DNA of 64,000 nucleotides, taken from Antedon mediterranea. Lineage: Eukaryota; Animalia; Echinodermata. Positions 1 to 14,000 of this stretch are shown one piece after another. The notes under the pieces were generated by a model that was not told where the DNA came from, did no database searches, and worked only from the letters and a program-made list of their open reading frames with translations. Made by a program: the position numbers and the translations under genes. Location: the NCBI RefSeq assembly GCF_964355755.1, contig NC_092678.1:8882422-8946421 (forward strand), read 5' to 3'. How positions within the stretch are numbered: position 1 is the stretch's first letter; every line of letters starts with the position of its first letter.

Positions 1-286
1 TAAAAATTATTAAAACAAGGATTATTCTAACTGAAACAAAGTTATGTAAACACATGTGTGCCCAATGCAATGTTAAAAATTATGGCTGTAGGAAATTTGC
101 TCAAGACGACTGTATGGAGACTAAAATGAGCACATGTATCCGGGTTTGAGATGAAGTTGTTTTATTCACAGTCTCATTCAATTCTAAAATATAACATACA
201 TCAAACTGATCAAATAAAAGAACATAATCATGTCATTACTACATTTCGTTAACATGTTAAACTTGTCTATTCTTATCGAAACTTAC

Positions 287-362
287 TACTTTGCCAGATA
301 CAGACACTCAGAATAGCCAATACAAGCTGGTTTGCAACAGTAATCACAATGACTTCTTTCAT
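287..362 (-). CDS. Possible first coding exon (hydrophobic, signal-peptide-like) of a gene running off the left edge
   Basis: An acceptor-like tttag precedes ATG at 362. It reads MKEVIVITVANQLVLAILSVCIWQS and ends at a phase-1 A|GTAAGT donor at 287, the same phase as the signal exons of the Kazal genes. The rest of the gene is not visible. Confidence 0.4.
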
Positions 363-687
363 AGCCTAAACGAACAACATACAGTACTATTTATTATGAC
401 TCCATAAGTTACTCAAAAAGGTGAAATCACTCAAGCGTGACCAGTAAATTTACAACAGATTAACACATATAAAGTTAAGCAACAATTCTTGCAATCTTAA
501 TGAAAATACATTCTGATGATTTATGGAAAATACTGTAGTCTGTATCATGATAACACAATCTTAACTCAGTTTTAGCTATGTATAATAACTCATCTGGTTT
601 GTCCTATTCAAACTCTACAACTACAAGATGATGGCGTCCATCATTACCACGTTGTTTAGACTAACCAAGCAATTATATTTAACACAA

Positions 688-2141
688 TCTATATATAAAT
701 TTACGTAAGGGCAAAATTCGGTAAATCGCGCCTTACTTTTAGAATTTTTACTCGATGGTATATAAAGTTGGTTCGTACTTTCGGTACGGATTTTAACCAC
801 CTGATGTAACCCTGTTTACTAATTAAATTAAGTTAGATAATTAGTTATTGACGATTAAAACGAATTTAGGTTCAACGATTTGCCCCAAATAGGGGTGTTT
901 TCCGATCGTCGTATACACTGTCTAATGGATGTCCATCTTGAAAAATACCCGCCACAAAAATGCGAGGAGGCTTCGCATTTTCCTATCTCCTCCTACGATA
1001 ATTGTTTTTAATAGCTGAAAATCGGTTGAACAGCTCGAGTACAGTATCATAATGTTGAAGACAGGCCGATTTTCTTTAAAAAATACTATTTTGATAGATT
1101 TAATATACGTTTATGCAAATGTATTGATTTGAATGAATGGAACATTCCAATCTCTGTTCCACAAGTGTCTATTCCCTCAGGCGTCGTAAAGGCAAGTACT
1201 GTATACTTATAACAGAAATTCGATCCATTTTTTTTTTCAATCTGTGCTGCAGAGGTTGGATATAGATTTTTTTTAACGGATAATGAGCTAGCGTTTTCAG
1301 TCGCCGTATATTATGTACAAATCTTTATTATTGCAGTTAAACCACCCATGTGACATCATCACCCTTCCCTCACTGGCATGAGTAGCGTTGTAAAGCCAGT
1401 AGAGGATAGGCCTACGGTGCATCACATGCCCTAAACGCAGAACAACTTTGGTGGGTAGGGTTAGGAACCAACTTAAGTATGAATTGGCTCTAAGAAACAA
1501 TTGAAAACCATTAGGCCTACTAATTAAGTTGAGTTAGATAATTTAATATTTATTGACGATTAAATCGAATTTATGATTTGCCACGAATAGGGGTGGTTTT
1601 CACAAATTGATATACATTATATAAACATATTATAAACGTCGTAGTGATGTATCGTTACATGTACTATACTATTTATTTCAATCGACTAGGACGGTGATAG
1701 TTTCAACAAAATATTACATCGCAATGTTTTACTGTGTTTAGTGGTATATTATTTGTAAAACATGAAAACAATTAATATTTCGTTACTACATGGATAAAGA
1801 ATATATTAAAAAATTGTTCCTCTTTGCACCCATCCTCTTTCCCATCCCTCAACCCTAATGTTACATACAAAACACAAATTAAGTGTTTAAATTTGACTTA
1901 AACAATTGGTCTCATTTTGTGACAAGTTTCTCTTTCGGAAGTAATTCCCAGGGTGCTAATTTTAGTTCAGTACATAAATCACAGTGTCTATTTATTCGTT
2001 CCTGTAAACGACATGTATTATTGCCCTGCAGTACGTACATTTGAAATCGCCAGTTTTTTAACGCTGAAATTATTATGTATTCGAGAACCATCTGTGGGCA
2101 CGACCTAGATGGTACGCTCGCTTCGCTCGCGTACCATCTAG
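688..2141 (+). mobile_element. Non-autonomous Helitron (copy 1, both ends intact)
   Basis: Starts A|TCTATATATA and ends CTAG|T, preceded by the hairpin CTAGATGGTACGC-loop-GCGTACCATCTAG. Inserted at an AT site with no TSD. Homologous copies at 16662-17954, 21232-21800 and 44759-45635. Confidence 0.8.
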
Positions 2142-2598
2142 TTACTAATAATTATGATAAACATCATTGAATAATTTCAGATTCATACATTGAGTGAATT
2201 AAACAAACTTATGTCTTTCAACAATGACCAAACATTTATTTCTACTTGCTTTTAACTAATGTTTCTTAGTAATTAACTGCAACACACTCACAGTAGCGTT
2301 TTCGACGCTCATCTGCCTCAAATCCGTTGGCGGCGCCATTTAAAATTAAACTAAATCTTACAATGGCCATTTATTGTGTAAAGTACGGAAGCAAATGATA
2401 TAGATTGTTTAAATTAACTGAATAAATATATATCGATATATTCTACTTGACGCAATGCTCCCGGATATCGCTTCAGGCTCGGCATGCGCAGCAATCAAAG
2501 TCAAATTACACACTAAATGTTATTCTTTCATTTATCTTGTCTGACATGTCAATGTCGAGCTAATGTTCTATCACCGGTCATTCAATAAATTGACGTCA

Positions 2599-3705
2599 AA
2601 ATTATCTGTTTTTGTCCCATTTAAAGTGGAGCTCCACCCAGAAAATTACTATTTTTCATACATTTCAACTATTATTTAAAAATATCATCCCTCATACTTC
2701 ATATTTTTTTGAAATTTTGTTTAATGATTACGATTTTCTTGAAAAACACGCCTTTTTGCGTTTTTTTTTTTTGGGGGGGGGGGGATACCTTGTAATTTCC
2801 TATTCTGTTACATGCAAAAGGGGGGTATATTTGAAAAGTCCTTAATAATTAATTTCTTCACTAAAAAAAAAAATTTTAAATGTAATTTTATTTAATTTTT
2901 CCAGATCTTTTTATTTCTGGTATTTTTATCGCGTATACATTGCGCAATTTTGCGTAAATATATACTTTCCCCCGTTCGGGTCCGATTGGGCTTTTTATTT
3001 TGCTAGGGAGTATGATCACGTGACATTTTTCACAATAACACTACTGCAGCTGGCGATGTGTTATTTTATTGTCGCGATGTTATTTTTGACGGGCGAAATA
3101 TATATTAAAACATTCTGAATGTGACCCTATCATGTTTCACATTTTAAAAATTTAAATTATCTGTTTTTGTCCCATTTAAACTGGAGCTCCACCCAGAAAA
3201 TTACTATTTTTCATACATTTCAACTATTATTTAAACATATCATTCCTCATACTTCATATTTTTTTGAAATTTTGTTTAATGATTACGATTTTCTTGAAAA
3301 ACACGCCTTTTTGCGTTTTTTTTTGGGGGGGGGGGGGGGGATACCTTGTAATTTCCTATTCTGTTACATGCAAAAGGGGGGTATATTTGAAAAGTCCTTA
3401 ATAATTAATTTCTTCACTAAAAAAGAAATTTAAAATGTAATTTTAATTAATTTTTCCAGATCTTTTTATTTCTGGTATTTTTATCGCGTATACATTCCGC
3501 AATTTTGCGTAAATATATACTTACCCCCGTTCGGGTCCGATTGGGCTTTTTATTTTGCTAGGGAGTATGATCACGTGACATTTTTCACAATCACACTACT
3601 GCAGCTGCTGGCGATCTGTTATTTTATTGTCGCGATGTTATTTTTGACGGGCGAAATATATATTAAAACATTCTGAATGTGACCCTATCATGTTTCACAT
3701 TTTAA
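2599..3705. repeat. Direct tandem duplication, unit about 555 bp
   Basis: About 2599-3146 is repeated almost identically at about 3154-3705. The twin ORFs at 2612 and 3167 are 555 bp apart. Confidence 0.95.
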
Positions 3706-4564
3706 TAATGTGATTATGAGACTATTACTAAAATGTCAAATTTAACGAGATTTGAGAAAGACGTGGCTATATATTCAATAAAGCTAGGCCTAGTCTTAAT
3801 AGAGTGTTAGGTATGTACCGATGCTGCTTGGCCTGTAGCTAGGCTGATAGCAGTGAAGTTTGTTCTGCTGACACCCAACCTCGGCCTACCCATGGGCCAT
3901 GATAGGGTGCCTCAATAGTTGCTTTTCAGTCAGGCCTAAGCTTCCACATCGCTTTACTAGTCTTGTTCTGTATAGGATTTTGTGCTTCACAATTCTTGTG
4001 AATGTGCGAGAAAACCCAGGAACGATAAATGGGGCGAAACGACCAAGCATTTCCAAACCCATGAATGCATAGGCCTAGGCCTTGACAAAAATTAAAGGCT
4101 AGCTAGGCTGAGCAGACGGCTTAGCTAGGCCTAGGCCTAGCTTAAAGTTATTATGCTGTTTTTGTACAGTGCAAATAATGAGGTTACATGTACATTATAC
4201 TGACATTTTTATCGAAAATATTACTTAGGCCTAAACAAATTGTATTAATTGTGTGTATAAAATTTATTCCCCATTTGTCGACACATAATTTACCAAAGGA
4301 GAGACATTTCACCAATGAGTTCACCGGCGACTAAAACGCGTCAGTCGCTAAGTGTAACGCGTTTCGCGACGTATTGTAAACTAATAACCCCTAAGTTACT
4401 GAAAAAGTGTAATGTATTAAAAAACACTATTTTCTGACCGATTTTTTAGAAATGGGTTTTTGGAAAATATTTCCGTATTTTCCCTGTTTTTTTTTATGTA
4501 ATCACTTTCAATTAAACATACTTAAACATAATATAAGCTGAGAAAGTCTGAGTGTAGCTCCACT
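2625..4564. mobile_element. Non-autonomous TIR DNA transposon, Kolobok-like, with a tandemly duplicated left end
   Basis: Left end TTAA|AGTGGAGCTCCACCCAGA; right end TCTGAGTGTAGCTCCACT|TTAA. A TTAA target with AG termini fits Kolobok. No transposase ORF. Confidence 0.65.
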
Positions 4565-5386
4565 TTAAATGTTTCGGTTGTGACGTCACTAGCAACAATG
4601 GAATACAAATAAGGACACGCTGTGAATTACTTCATTGTTTTGTCGGTTACGCATTACACAGTGCTGACGTACTAAAACAATTATTGGATCGTAGCACTGG
4701 CAGAACACGCCGCTGAATTTTAACACGTTTTAATTCATTGCGTATTCCACTTAAATACTACTTTAACTCATTAAATCTCACATAACACTCAATTACTTCG
4801 TATTACAATACTGTGAAACATGTTACATTAGTTTATTCAAATATTTTTGTATTTAACATAATAAAGTACATAACATTGTAATTGACAATGTATAAGTAAA
4901 AAATATATAAGAAATGTTATTTTGTATTATTTCCACCTGTATTTACATAAAAAACAAAAGAAACTGTTAATTTTTTTTAAAAGTAACTTGAAGCATTGTA
5001 TAAGCAATACTTTTAAATTTAATAAACATTGTTTATGAAATAGTATTGTTCTATATGATAAACTACTAGTATATACTGTATATGCTTTACTGTTTCCTGG
5101 AAATAGAATATGATATACTACCGTATTATTATTATTATTATTATTAATATCATTATAAAAATAATTTCATTTTTAAAGGTGCGATGAAATCAAGAAAAAA
5201 TAGAAATAATGTAAATTTAACAATTACAAGAACATTTTCAAAAAATTAAAAACAAAAAGACTGGAAACAAATTTGTTAACGGTAATGAAGATAGAATTAT
5301 TCATAAAATATTTCATAGAATACTTTGTGTATCATTGATATTATTAATAAATGTAGATTGGCTCTATTCCACGGCGGTAAAATTAC

Positions 5387-7248
5387 TCAGCATTCCCCAC
5401 GATAATCTAAATCTAAATCAGGATTTGCCGTACATGCAAGTGCATTTAATACGCATAGGCTTGGATATGTCACGCCATCTGTCCCACAGACTGGGTCAAA
5501 CTCCAGAGGGCATGATTCTCTGCATAATTCTGTTGTTGTCGTCGCATTTGTTGGAAGATCGTAACTTTCTGTTGTGACTGAAATTTCGAACATGGTCGTC
5601 TCTGGAACATCTGATTAAAAACAAACAGGTTCATTCATTCAATATGGAACGTTTATATATTCACTTTATTGCCGTCTGCAATAATATAACTAAGTCAGGT
5701 TAAACATTTCTGTTGGTGTAAGTTCAAGTAAAAACATCAAAACAATTTCCACGAAATTGTTCACGCATATTATATTTTTTAAACTTGCAAATGATGAACA
5801 TACATTAATGAATAAATTAATGTTTATCTTTTTATTTTTAAAATACATGCGCAGGGACAGGATTTATTCATATCTAATATTTTGAATACGCCGAAAACGC
5901 CAAAGTATTCAACTAACCTGTATACACTTCTGGTGTCGTCCTGGGTTTTACACCCTCTATCTGGGTAGTTTGTGGTATGTCTGTAGTAGGCTGTACCTCG
6001 GTGCTAGTTTCTTCTTCTTCGCTTTCATCTGAGCATGGGTTTTTATCAACAATTGTTAGTCCTTTGTTTAGTATGTTTAGCTGTTTAAGTTCACACAGCG
6101 TGTATGTCTTGCCGTCAGAACAGCACACTTCGATTGGTTTAACTTGTCTTTTTCTACATTCTGACAACAGAAATAATAATATTATAATTACTTTTTTGAC
6201 GATTTGTTTAAAATTTTTTTTAGTTTCTTATATTTTAATTATACATCCAACAACCATTGGCAAATTACAGAATGTTATAATAAAAATAGTAGTTAATTTT
6301 ATTCAAAACGACTAAACTAAACAAAAAAGCCGTCTTACGTTGTCTAGTAGGGCATCTGTGATTTGAATCAATTAGAAATAATGACTCATCACTCATTCCT
6401 TTAAAATCACGAAGTGAGTAAGTCCTTAAATTTGAAGCGCAAATTCTTTTAATTCGTTTGTGTCCATGTTTTCTGTTTTCACCTCTTTCATCGTCGTCTT
6501 CTTCACTGTCATCTGACAAACAAAAACAATATTACTTATATGATCTAAACTGTATATTGTAAATCAATTTTAATCGAAATACCCATTCAGTTAATATAGC
6601 AGGTATATTGAAAAAGAGGAAATATAGGCCTACTCGTTAATACTATATTGAAAATAAGTAGGAAACCCGCATAAGTATTTTTATATATCTAGATATTAAG
6701 AACATAAAATAAAATTTCGATTGCAATTTCTTTTTGATATTGATTAACTTAGACCATAGTAATAAAAACTCGAGTTTTCGAAAGGTACCATTTTTCTTGA
6801 AATTTCTTTTGGATAATTAAAGTATGAAAAAGTCGTTTTCTTTTTGACAATTAACCAACAGTGTCTAAGCATACTTAAAGTGTTGATATGTACAGATACT
6901 ACGGTGCGTTAATACCAATAAGCATCAGCATTTTGATAATCCGGGCAGATAAACAATAATGACAACATCCTTAACTTAAAACAGAGACTCTCAATGCCAG
7001 AAACAATGGGTTAAAATGAAATTAAATAAGCCTGGCTTCATGTGCGAGGTCATTTGAAACATAGATTTCGACATGAAATAAAATTAATAATAAATACATT
7101 CATGCAATAATTCTTTATCTATTATTAGCCCTTATATTGTATTACAAATTAAGTAAGCCTCATAAATTATTGACAAACCTGCTTTTGAAAATTGTACTAT
7201 GGTAGAAAGGCAGAATAACAAGATCAGCGCATGTATAACGACGTCCAT
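5387..7248 (-). CDS. Gene A: secreted Kazal-type protein (about 236 aa) with two degenerate Kazal domains, a Thr-rich linker and one canonical Kazal
   Basis: Exons: 7248-7179 (signal MDVVIHALILLFCLSTIVQFSKA), 6512-6339, 6160-5918, 5610-5387. All introns are phase 1 and GT-AG, total 711 nt. The last exon encodes CRESCPLEFDPVCGTDGVTYPSLCVLNALACTANPDLDLDYRGEC. Confidence 0.85.
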
Positions 7249-8176
7249 TTTCTATAGGAATGTTTATAAAGTGAATTTTAATGACTGTTCCCTGTTCCGC
7301 AGGACATGACTGTTTCCCTTATAAACGGATAAGGATTGTCTTATCAACGTGTATAAACCGGGCATTGATAATCTCCTGTATATTTTGATATGGAAGTTAT
7401 CATCATATTGATCGTGCATCATAATACGATCGATTGTTGTGATTATATATAAGCTATTTTTTATCTTAATACTTAACTATAATACTGAGAAATTAAACTA
7501 CTTAAGATAGTAAAGTACGTTACAAACGTGAAGAGGATAATACACAAACGTAGCTGATAAGCGTACACGAATGTATACATAAAGAAACCTACTTTGTAAG
7601 TTTGTAAATAAAACTGCAGAAATTCCGACTTTTTACAACTAAGCATCACACTTTATGTCTATTCTGTATCTAACTATAACTATATAATACCACATATTTG
7701 AAGGAACATAACACAACTTGAAATTACATAAAATGTCTTAATTTGGCATAATTATTAAATGTTCTGTGAGTGACTCAAACGTCCTAAACAATAGTTGGTC
7801 TAGAATTAAAGGAAATGAGACAAATATTACATAGGCACAGAAATGTGCTATATTTCAGATCAGTCGTCGTAATGGTCAAGATAGGCTTTTAGTCTGTTTT
7901 CCAGTCGTCGTAATTGGCCAATATAGGTTTTTAGTCTGTTTTCCAGTCGTCGTAATTTGTGAACCATTTTGATTCATTAGATTTAGGCCTAACGATCGTA
8001 AAGTTGAACTCACAATTTTTAGAGAATTTTATTTTATTTTTAATTAAAAAAACAACATATAATCCAAGACAATGGTTCAGTGCCCTGTGGAGTGCTAAGA
8101 CTATCGATTTGGGTCTCCATACTACACTTTGAACATATACAAGTAAAAATAAAAAATACATATAGGATATTAAATT

Positions 8177-8283
8177 GAACAAGGCCATATACATAGCTGC
8201 AGTCGCGTGTTCAAGTTTGTGTTTACCGACCAACCGACCGACCAACCGACAAACCAACCGACCGACATAGTGAGCTGTAGAGT
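8177..8283 (-). mobile_element. DINE-1/HINE-like (Helentron-associated) short element
   Basis: Same family as 18761-18858, 26075-26770 and 47226-47322: (ACCG)n microsatellite, CGCGACT subterminal repeat and a terminal hairpin. Confidence 0.6.
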
Positions 8284-9464
8284 TAAAAATATCATAGTGT
8301 CAAAACCGAACAATCATAACAAATATTAAAAACATATATCATTTACAGTTAAAATGGTTCATGTGTATAATTATATTAAAGATGCCTGCTAGTCTACAAG
8401 ATCGGAGAGCTGTCACAAATGTGTTAAAACTAAATAAAGAATGTTCCCTAATATAATTAAGAAAATATTGCCATGCACGGGAAAAATTAGTATACAATGA
8501 ATATTTAAAAGAATTTGTTTTGCCATGTTTGTGTTTAATGATGTATTGTCCCTTTGACCAATTCCAACAAAATTTTAAAAAAAAAACGATTTCGAAAAAA
8601 GTGGGTCATTTTGACGTATCATAATAGTTATTAACTTTCACCAAAAATTAGTCGAAAAAAAAAATCATTTAACTGAAATACAGACGTTTTTTTGTTCAAA
8701 AAATAACTTTGACTTCCAGTCAAAGTTTTCGATCAAAACATATCTCATAATGCAACGCGCTTGTTTGGCTACTCTGTAAACATAATCATAAAATTTCCTC
8801 GCGATCACCTTCTCAACCGTGACGAGTTGTAAACAATCTTAATTAGCATCATGCATAATGCATACTCGTGGTTTGAAATCTTTGTTTACTTTCGCTCGCG
8901 ACGATTTTCCAGACGAAATGTAATCAAATTAATTTACCTGTTAATTACGTAAACTTGTTTTTAGCTCGAATTTTCGACTTAAAGTGAATAACTTTATTAT
9001 TACTTTGATATGGCCAATTTAAATTTAGAATATTTTGACCTTCATTTTTTGTGTTTCAACGAAAAATACATCTTTAAAGAAAACTGATTCAGTATATCTT
9101 GGATTAAAATCAACCAAATCATGAATAAATATAAACAGATAAGAAAATACACTCTCTGGTCGATAGATGGTGGTATATGTAAATGTTCGAGCTGCTTCTC
9201 AAAATCCACAAAGTTTTGTGATCATTCGAAGAGGTGTGTTTATAATAATAGTCTGTTCTTATATAGCGCATATAAGCAGGCTCTCAATGCGCTTAATGCT
9301 ATTAATATGCAGGACCCCTAGTATATCTAACACGTGAGGTATATCAAACATTTACTGTTTTATTCGAAACGTGATTGAAATACATTTTTGAAGTAACCCT
9401 CAACCCAGTCTTCATCTTATAGACCTATGTATTATGTAACTATTATATTAGGCTTATGATATAA

Positions 9465-10852
9465 GGGTCGCGTCATCACGAAAGGAGCCTTGTGTCGCAA
9501 AAGCTATATTGCTATAATTAGCTTTGAAAGTTGGAATAGTCAATTTTGACTGAAAATAATTTTTTTTTTTTTTACATATTCGACATATTCAACTATTATA
9601 GTTTACTTTTCCTTAATTATTAAAACTTAATTTTGTTCCAAAATACATAAATTTTGACGTTTTTATAGACAATGTTGTAAGGTTTTGTGTGGAATTCTGA
9701 CGATTTCAGTCGTAAACGGCCAAAAATCTACCCTATTTTTCAATCGAATGTTCTCGGCTTTCCAACATTAGAAACCCGTCACAACTGGTATGGTTTTAAA
9801 GCTTGAAACGTCATCTTTCAGAATATCATGAATAAACATTTGTATTTGCAATCATAGTCCAATCACAATCACTTTTATAAAGGCTTCGGCCTTAGATACA
9901 GCCAAACAAAAGGGACTAATCGCGTCCTCTGATTGGTCAATCACATGTGAGCATGCGTAGACGTATTGTTTACTTCCTTGGTAAGCTGTTCGCACGAGGT
10001 TTACAGTGTGCTACATTATTGTCCTACTTTCGTGTTATAATTTACAATCTTTTAATAAACTATACTATAATTCTTTTGCATCATTCGAATTAGTAGTTTG
10101 ATATAATTAATAGAAATGTCTAATTCTGATAATGAACGATCGGAAAAAGTCATAGCTGACGCTTTAAATGCTGGCCTTCTTGCTAATGCTGACGATGCGG
10201 CCCGGCCCCTGTTCAGCGACTAGGCCTACATACATTCAGGATTTTTTTACTCGGTGAGGGGCTAAAGAAAATGGGGTAAGTGAAGATGATGATGAGGATA
10301 CTAAAGACTGGATGGGGATAGACGAAGATTCTTACGGCGAGGATAGTTATTGAAAACGAATAAGAATGTGTAAGAATTTGTATAGGCCTAATCATGATCT
10401 AGAGTAGAAGTGAGTTATGTTAACAGATTGTGTGCTCAAAATAATCCATTAATCAACATAATTATGCATTTTTAATTGTTGATTTTATATATGAAGATGA
10501 TAATAAAATTGAAAGAAATTAAAGTGTAATCTTTATTCGTATTCATTCTTTAAGTGTGTAAAATTTCATGTAGATCCATTAATAATAACTAATGGTATCC
10601 AAGGAGAATGTGTTGTGGATATTGAATAGAACCAATGTAATGGTCCACTGAACTTCAAAGGCTGTTTTCTAATTGTTGATAATCTATTGAATTCGGAAGT
10701 GCTTTGTTGAAATCGGGTCATATCTTAATTGCCTTGAAAGAAATATAAAGCAAGTTACATATTTTTGGAAAGCTTAAAGAATGGAGATTAATATTATAAT
10801 AATAATAAAAAAATTTTAATTTCAACACAAGGCTCCTTTTGTGGTGACACGA
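9465..10852. mobile_element. Degenerate TIR DNA element with an internal ORF relic
   Basis: Inverted ends TCGCGTCATCACGAAAGGAGCCTTGTGT and ACACAAGGCTCCTTTTGTGGTGACACGA. A broken acidic ORF starts near 10116 (MSNSDNERSEKVIADALNAG...). Superfamily not assigned. Confidence 0.65.
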
Positions 10853-11091
10853 ATTAAATTTCATTTAATGATTGTTAAAAACCTTCAAACAATTATTATC
10901 AAATACATAATATTCAAGTTACCACATAAAAGCGGTGACATGTATATGTAACATGTATTAACTACAATTATCAATTTATCTTATTTTCCTGTTTAAAAAA
11001 AAAATAAATAACATAGATTAGTAAAACCTATATATATTAAGCAGCAAAAAATATAACAATTTATTTGTGTCAGGAAAGATTTTGAAACAGT

Positions 11092-14000
11092 ATGAAGTAT
11101 ATAATCTTACTCGTAACTCTGTTGGCTGGAACTGCTAATTCAGAAAGTTTGTAACAATCTTTTATCTTACTGTATTGTTTTAAGCTAATTAAAACATTTA
11201 GTATGATTGTATGTCATATCTTTATGTTGTTTATATTATTTTAATGCAATGTGTGCTGGACTCTGTATTTTATGGCTACAAAGATTAGATACATTGTATG
11301 GGTAGTATCAGGGAAGAGTGAATGGTAGTATTAACTTTGTTTAAGTGATATTAATTAATAATGAAGTAACATTACCCTTTATATAGTACCTTTACAATGA
11401 TCAAAAAGTAAAAATAACCAGATATGATTCCAATAATTCAATCTGTAACTGGATATAGATTGATTACATATCATATCACACGTAATAACTATCGTTAAGT
11501 TTGTCAGAATGACACCATCTGTGAGAATGGAGCAAGTTGTGTAGGAGCACTGCGAAGTACAATATATACTTGCCAGTGTACATTTGAGTGGCAAGGAATA
11601 AACTGCAATGAACCTTTAATACAGTTCAATATTCGAAGTAAGTACATTTTATTAACATTATTTAAATACTTTACAGTTTTAATAAATAATGTTATCTATT
11701 TTTTTTTTAATATGCCTTTTCAATGATACATAATAGTTATACACTTTGACACAAAATTAAATCGCGAAAATATATATACCAAAATACTGTAATTTAAGGC
11801 AAAACATAATTGATTTTTGGCTAAATATATCTGTTTACTTCTTATAAGTGAAATCAATATCTGAGTTTTTCTATCTAATTAAATAACTTTATCACAAATT
11901 CAAAATGGCCTATTTAAAATCTGATTTTAATAATCTTCTTGCGCTGTTCATGTTTTCGGAGACAATACATTTTTAATCATTGCTGTACCATTCTATTCCG
12001 CACTTTTAACATTTACATTTATTTATAGGTGATGGTTTTTGCGGATACAATCAATATGAAGACCAAGGTGTTATAGAAAGTCCAAACTTTAACAACTCTG
12101 ATACGTACGAAAACAATCTGGAATGTTACTACCTTGTTCGTGTCCACAATGCTCAACAAATTACATTTACAATAGAATCTTTTGAAACAGAAGTAAGTGG
12201 CTTACCCTTTTAATAATATAATATACAAGTTGTTGTATTACCGACGAATTACCAAGATGTAACATGTTTCAAGTTCATGATCAGAGGCGTAGGCCGGTTG
12301 CTTTCTGGGTTGGGGCGATGGGGGGGGGGGAGATGTGAACACAGTAAATGTGAAACTACGCCCCTGATTCTTAGGCCTACCCCTAAAGGTCACGTCATGT
12401 CAGTGCAGCCAATATGTAAGGCGCTCTCTTATCTGTCCACACGTCAGTGGCTATGTTAACTAGCACACCGGAGCAACCTCCTACTCTTCCCGAAAGATTA
12501 CTAGGCTTTGTTACACTAGATTCTCGTACGGTATTAATGATAATAGTTTGCTACATCTATTTCTGTTTCACATGACTTACTGTACATATTTCCTGGAACT
12601 TGAAAAACACCTTTTAACTCATAAAATAACTACAATTACAATCAAGACACTAAGAACTTAAATGTTTTATCATTATATCAATTGTAGATTAATAAAGATT
12701 ATCTGGAGTATGGGCAAGGATATTCCAAGAGCAGTGATTATTATTTTCTGGAGGGTAATATTTCTTCCGCTACCACCTTTACTATCAATGGAAGCTACGC
12801 GTGGTTTTACTTTTTTACTGACTTCAATATGCAGAGAGGCGGGTTCTTCATCACGTATATAGCAGGTAAAATGGTCACTATTAATATAAAATGTTGTATT
12901 AAAGATGTCGATGTAGGCCTACATTTTGATCTTATTAATGATGGGATAGTGATTTGTCAGCAATTAATATCAAAATATACATCTTATTGATATTACAGAT
13001 TATAACGAGGACAGCTATGGTATAATGTAAGCCTGGCCTATAGTATTGAAAGAATGCATTTATGAGTTATCTGGTATAAATAATTTTAAGAGGTGAAAAT
13101 ATGACTTTTCATCTTTCCCGAATGAAATTATTTGTACCATAGCACGAATATAAAAACATTTATTATTTGTGTTTAGTATGTTCATCGTCACTCGCGACAG
13201 GGAGATCGATCTTATTATCTAATTATTATCTTATTATCGTGGAGGTCACCAGTAGTTCCGGGTCTTCAACCGGTTAAGAGTGATTCACCACGCTCTCGCT
13301 GGAGTATGCGCAAAGTAGCGTTGTTATGGTGTCGTGTCGTTATGGGGGTTGGGCTGTCCGGCTTCATCCGGGAAAATAAGGTGATTGATAGGGAACATAC
13401 TTTTTACCATGTGATCCACAATCTTCCAATCAAATAACAGGAGCTCTTTAAGTAGTAAACCAATACTAATTGTTAATATATACTGTATCATGACTATTTT
13501 GTAATATTTACTTAACATTTTTTGAAAACCTGGACAGTTATTTTAACTCCCGTCACGCCATCATTGGCCTAATAGTTTAAATTTATCAATCTCGATCTAA
13601 CTAAAACTTATTATTTAATTTCACAAGACTGTAAATAAACCACAAAATGACTTTTCAGATATAAATGAATGTGGATCCAATCCATGTGAAGCTGGTGAAA
13701 TATGCACTGATGGAAATGGAACGTACACGTGTACATGTCCAGAAGGCACCCAAAGACCTGGATGTACACGTAAGTGCTCAACCACAGATTCTAATATGCA
13801 GTACTTATTTTATAGTTTCGCATGCGCTTGCACACGGTTAGGCTGATTGTATTGTAAAAATTGTCTAGTTAACAGTAGGCCTAATTATTAAATCGAAGCT
13901 ATAAACCTCCCGAAAAGAAAGGAGGAGCTTTTTAAACACCGAGTCAAAGCAGGGAGTTGTAAAATAAGTCCCTGGTCAAAGTTACGCTTACTACAGTTTC

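Noticed and set aside
2612-3433. Two paralogous small ORFs
   Set aside because: Chance frames within a duplicated transposon end, crossing homopolymer runs.
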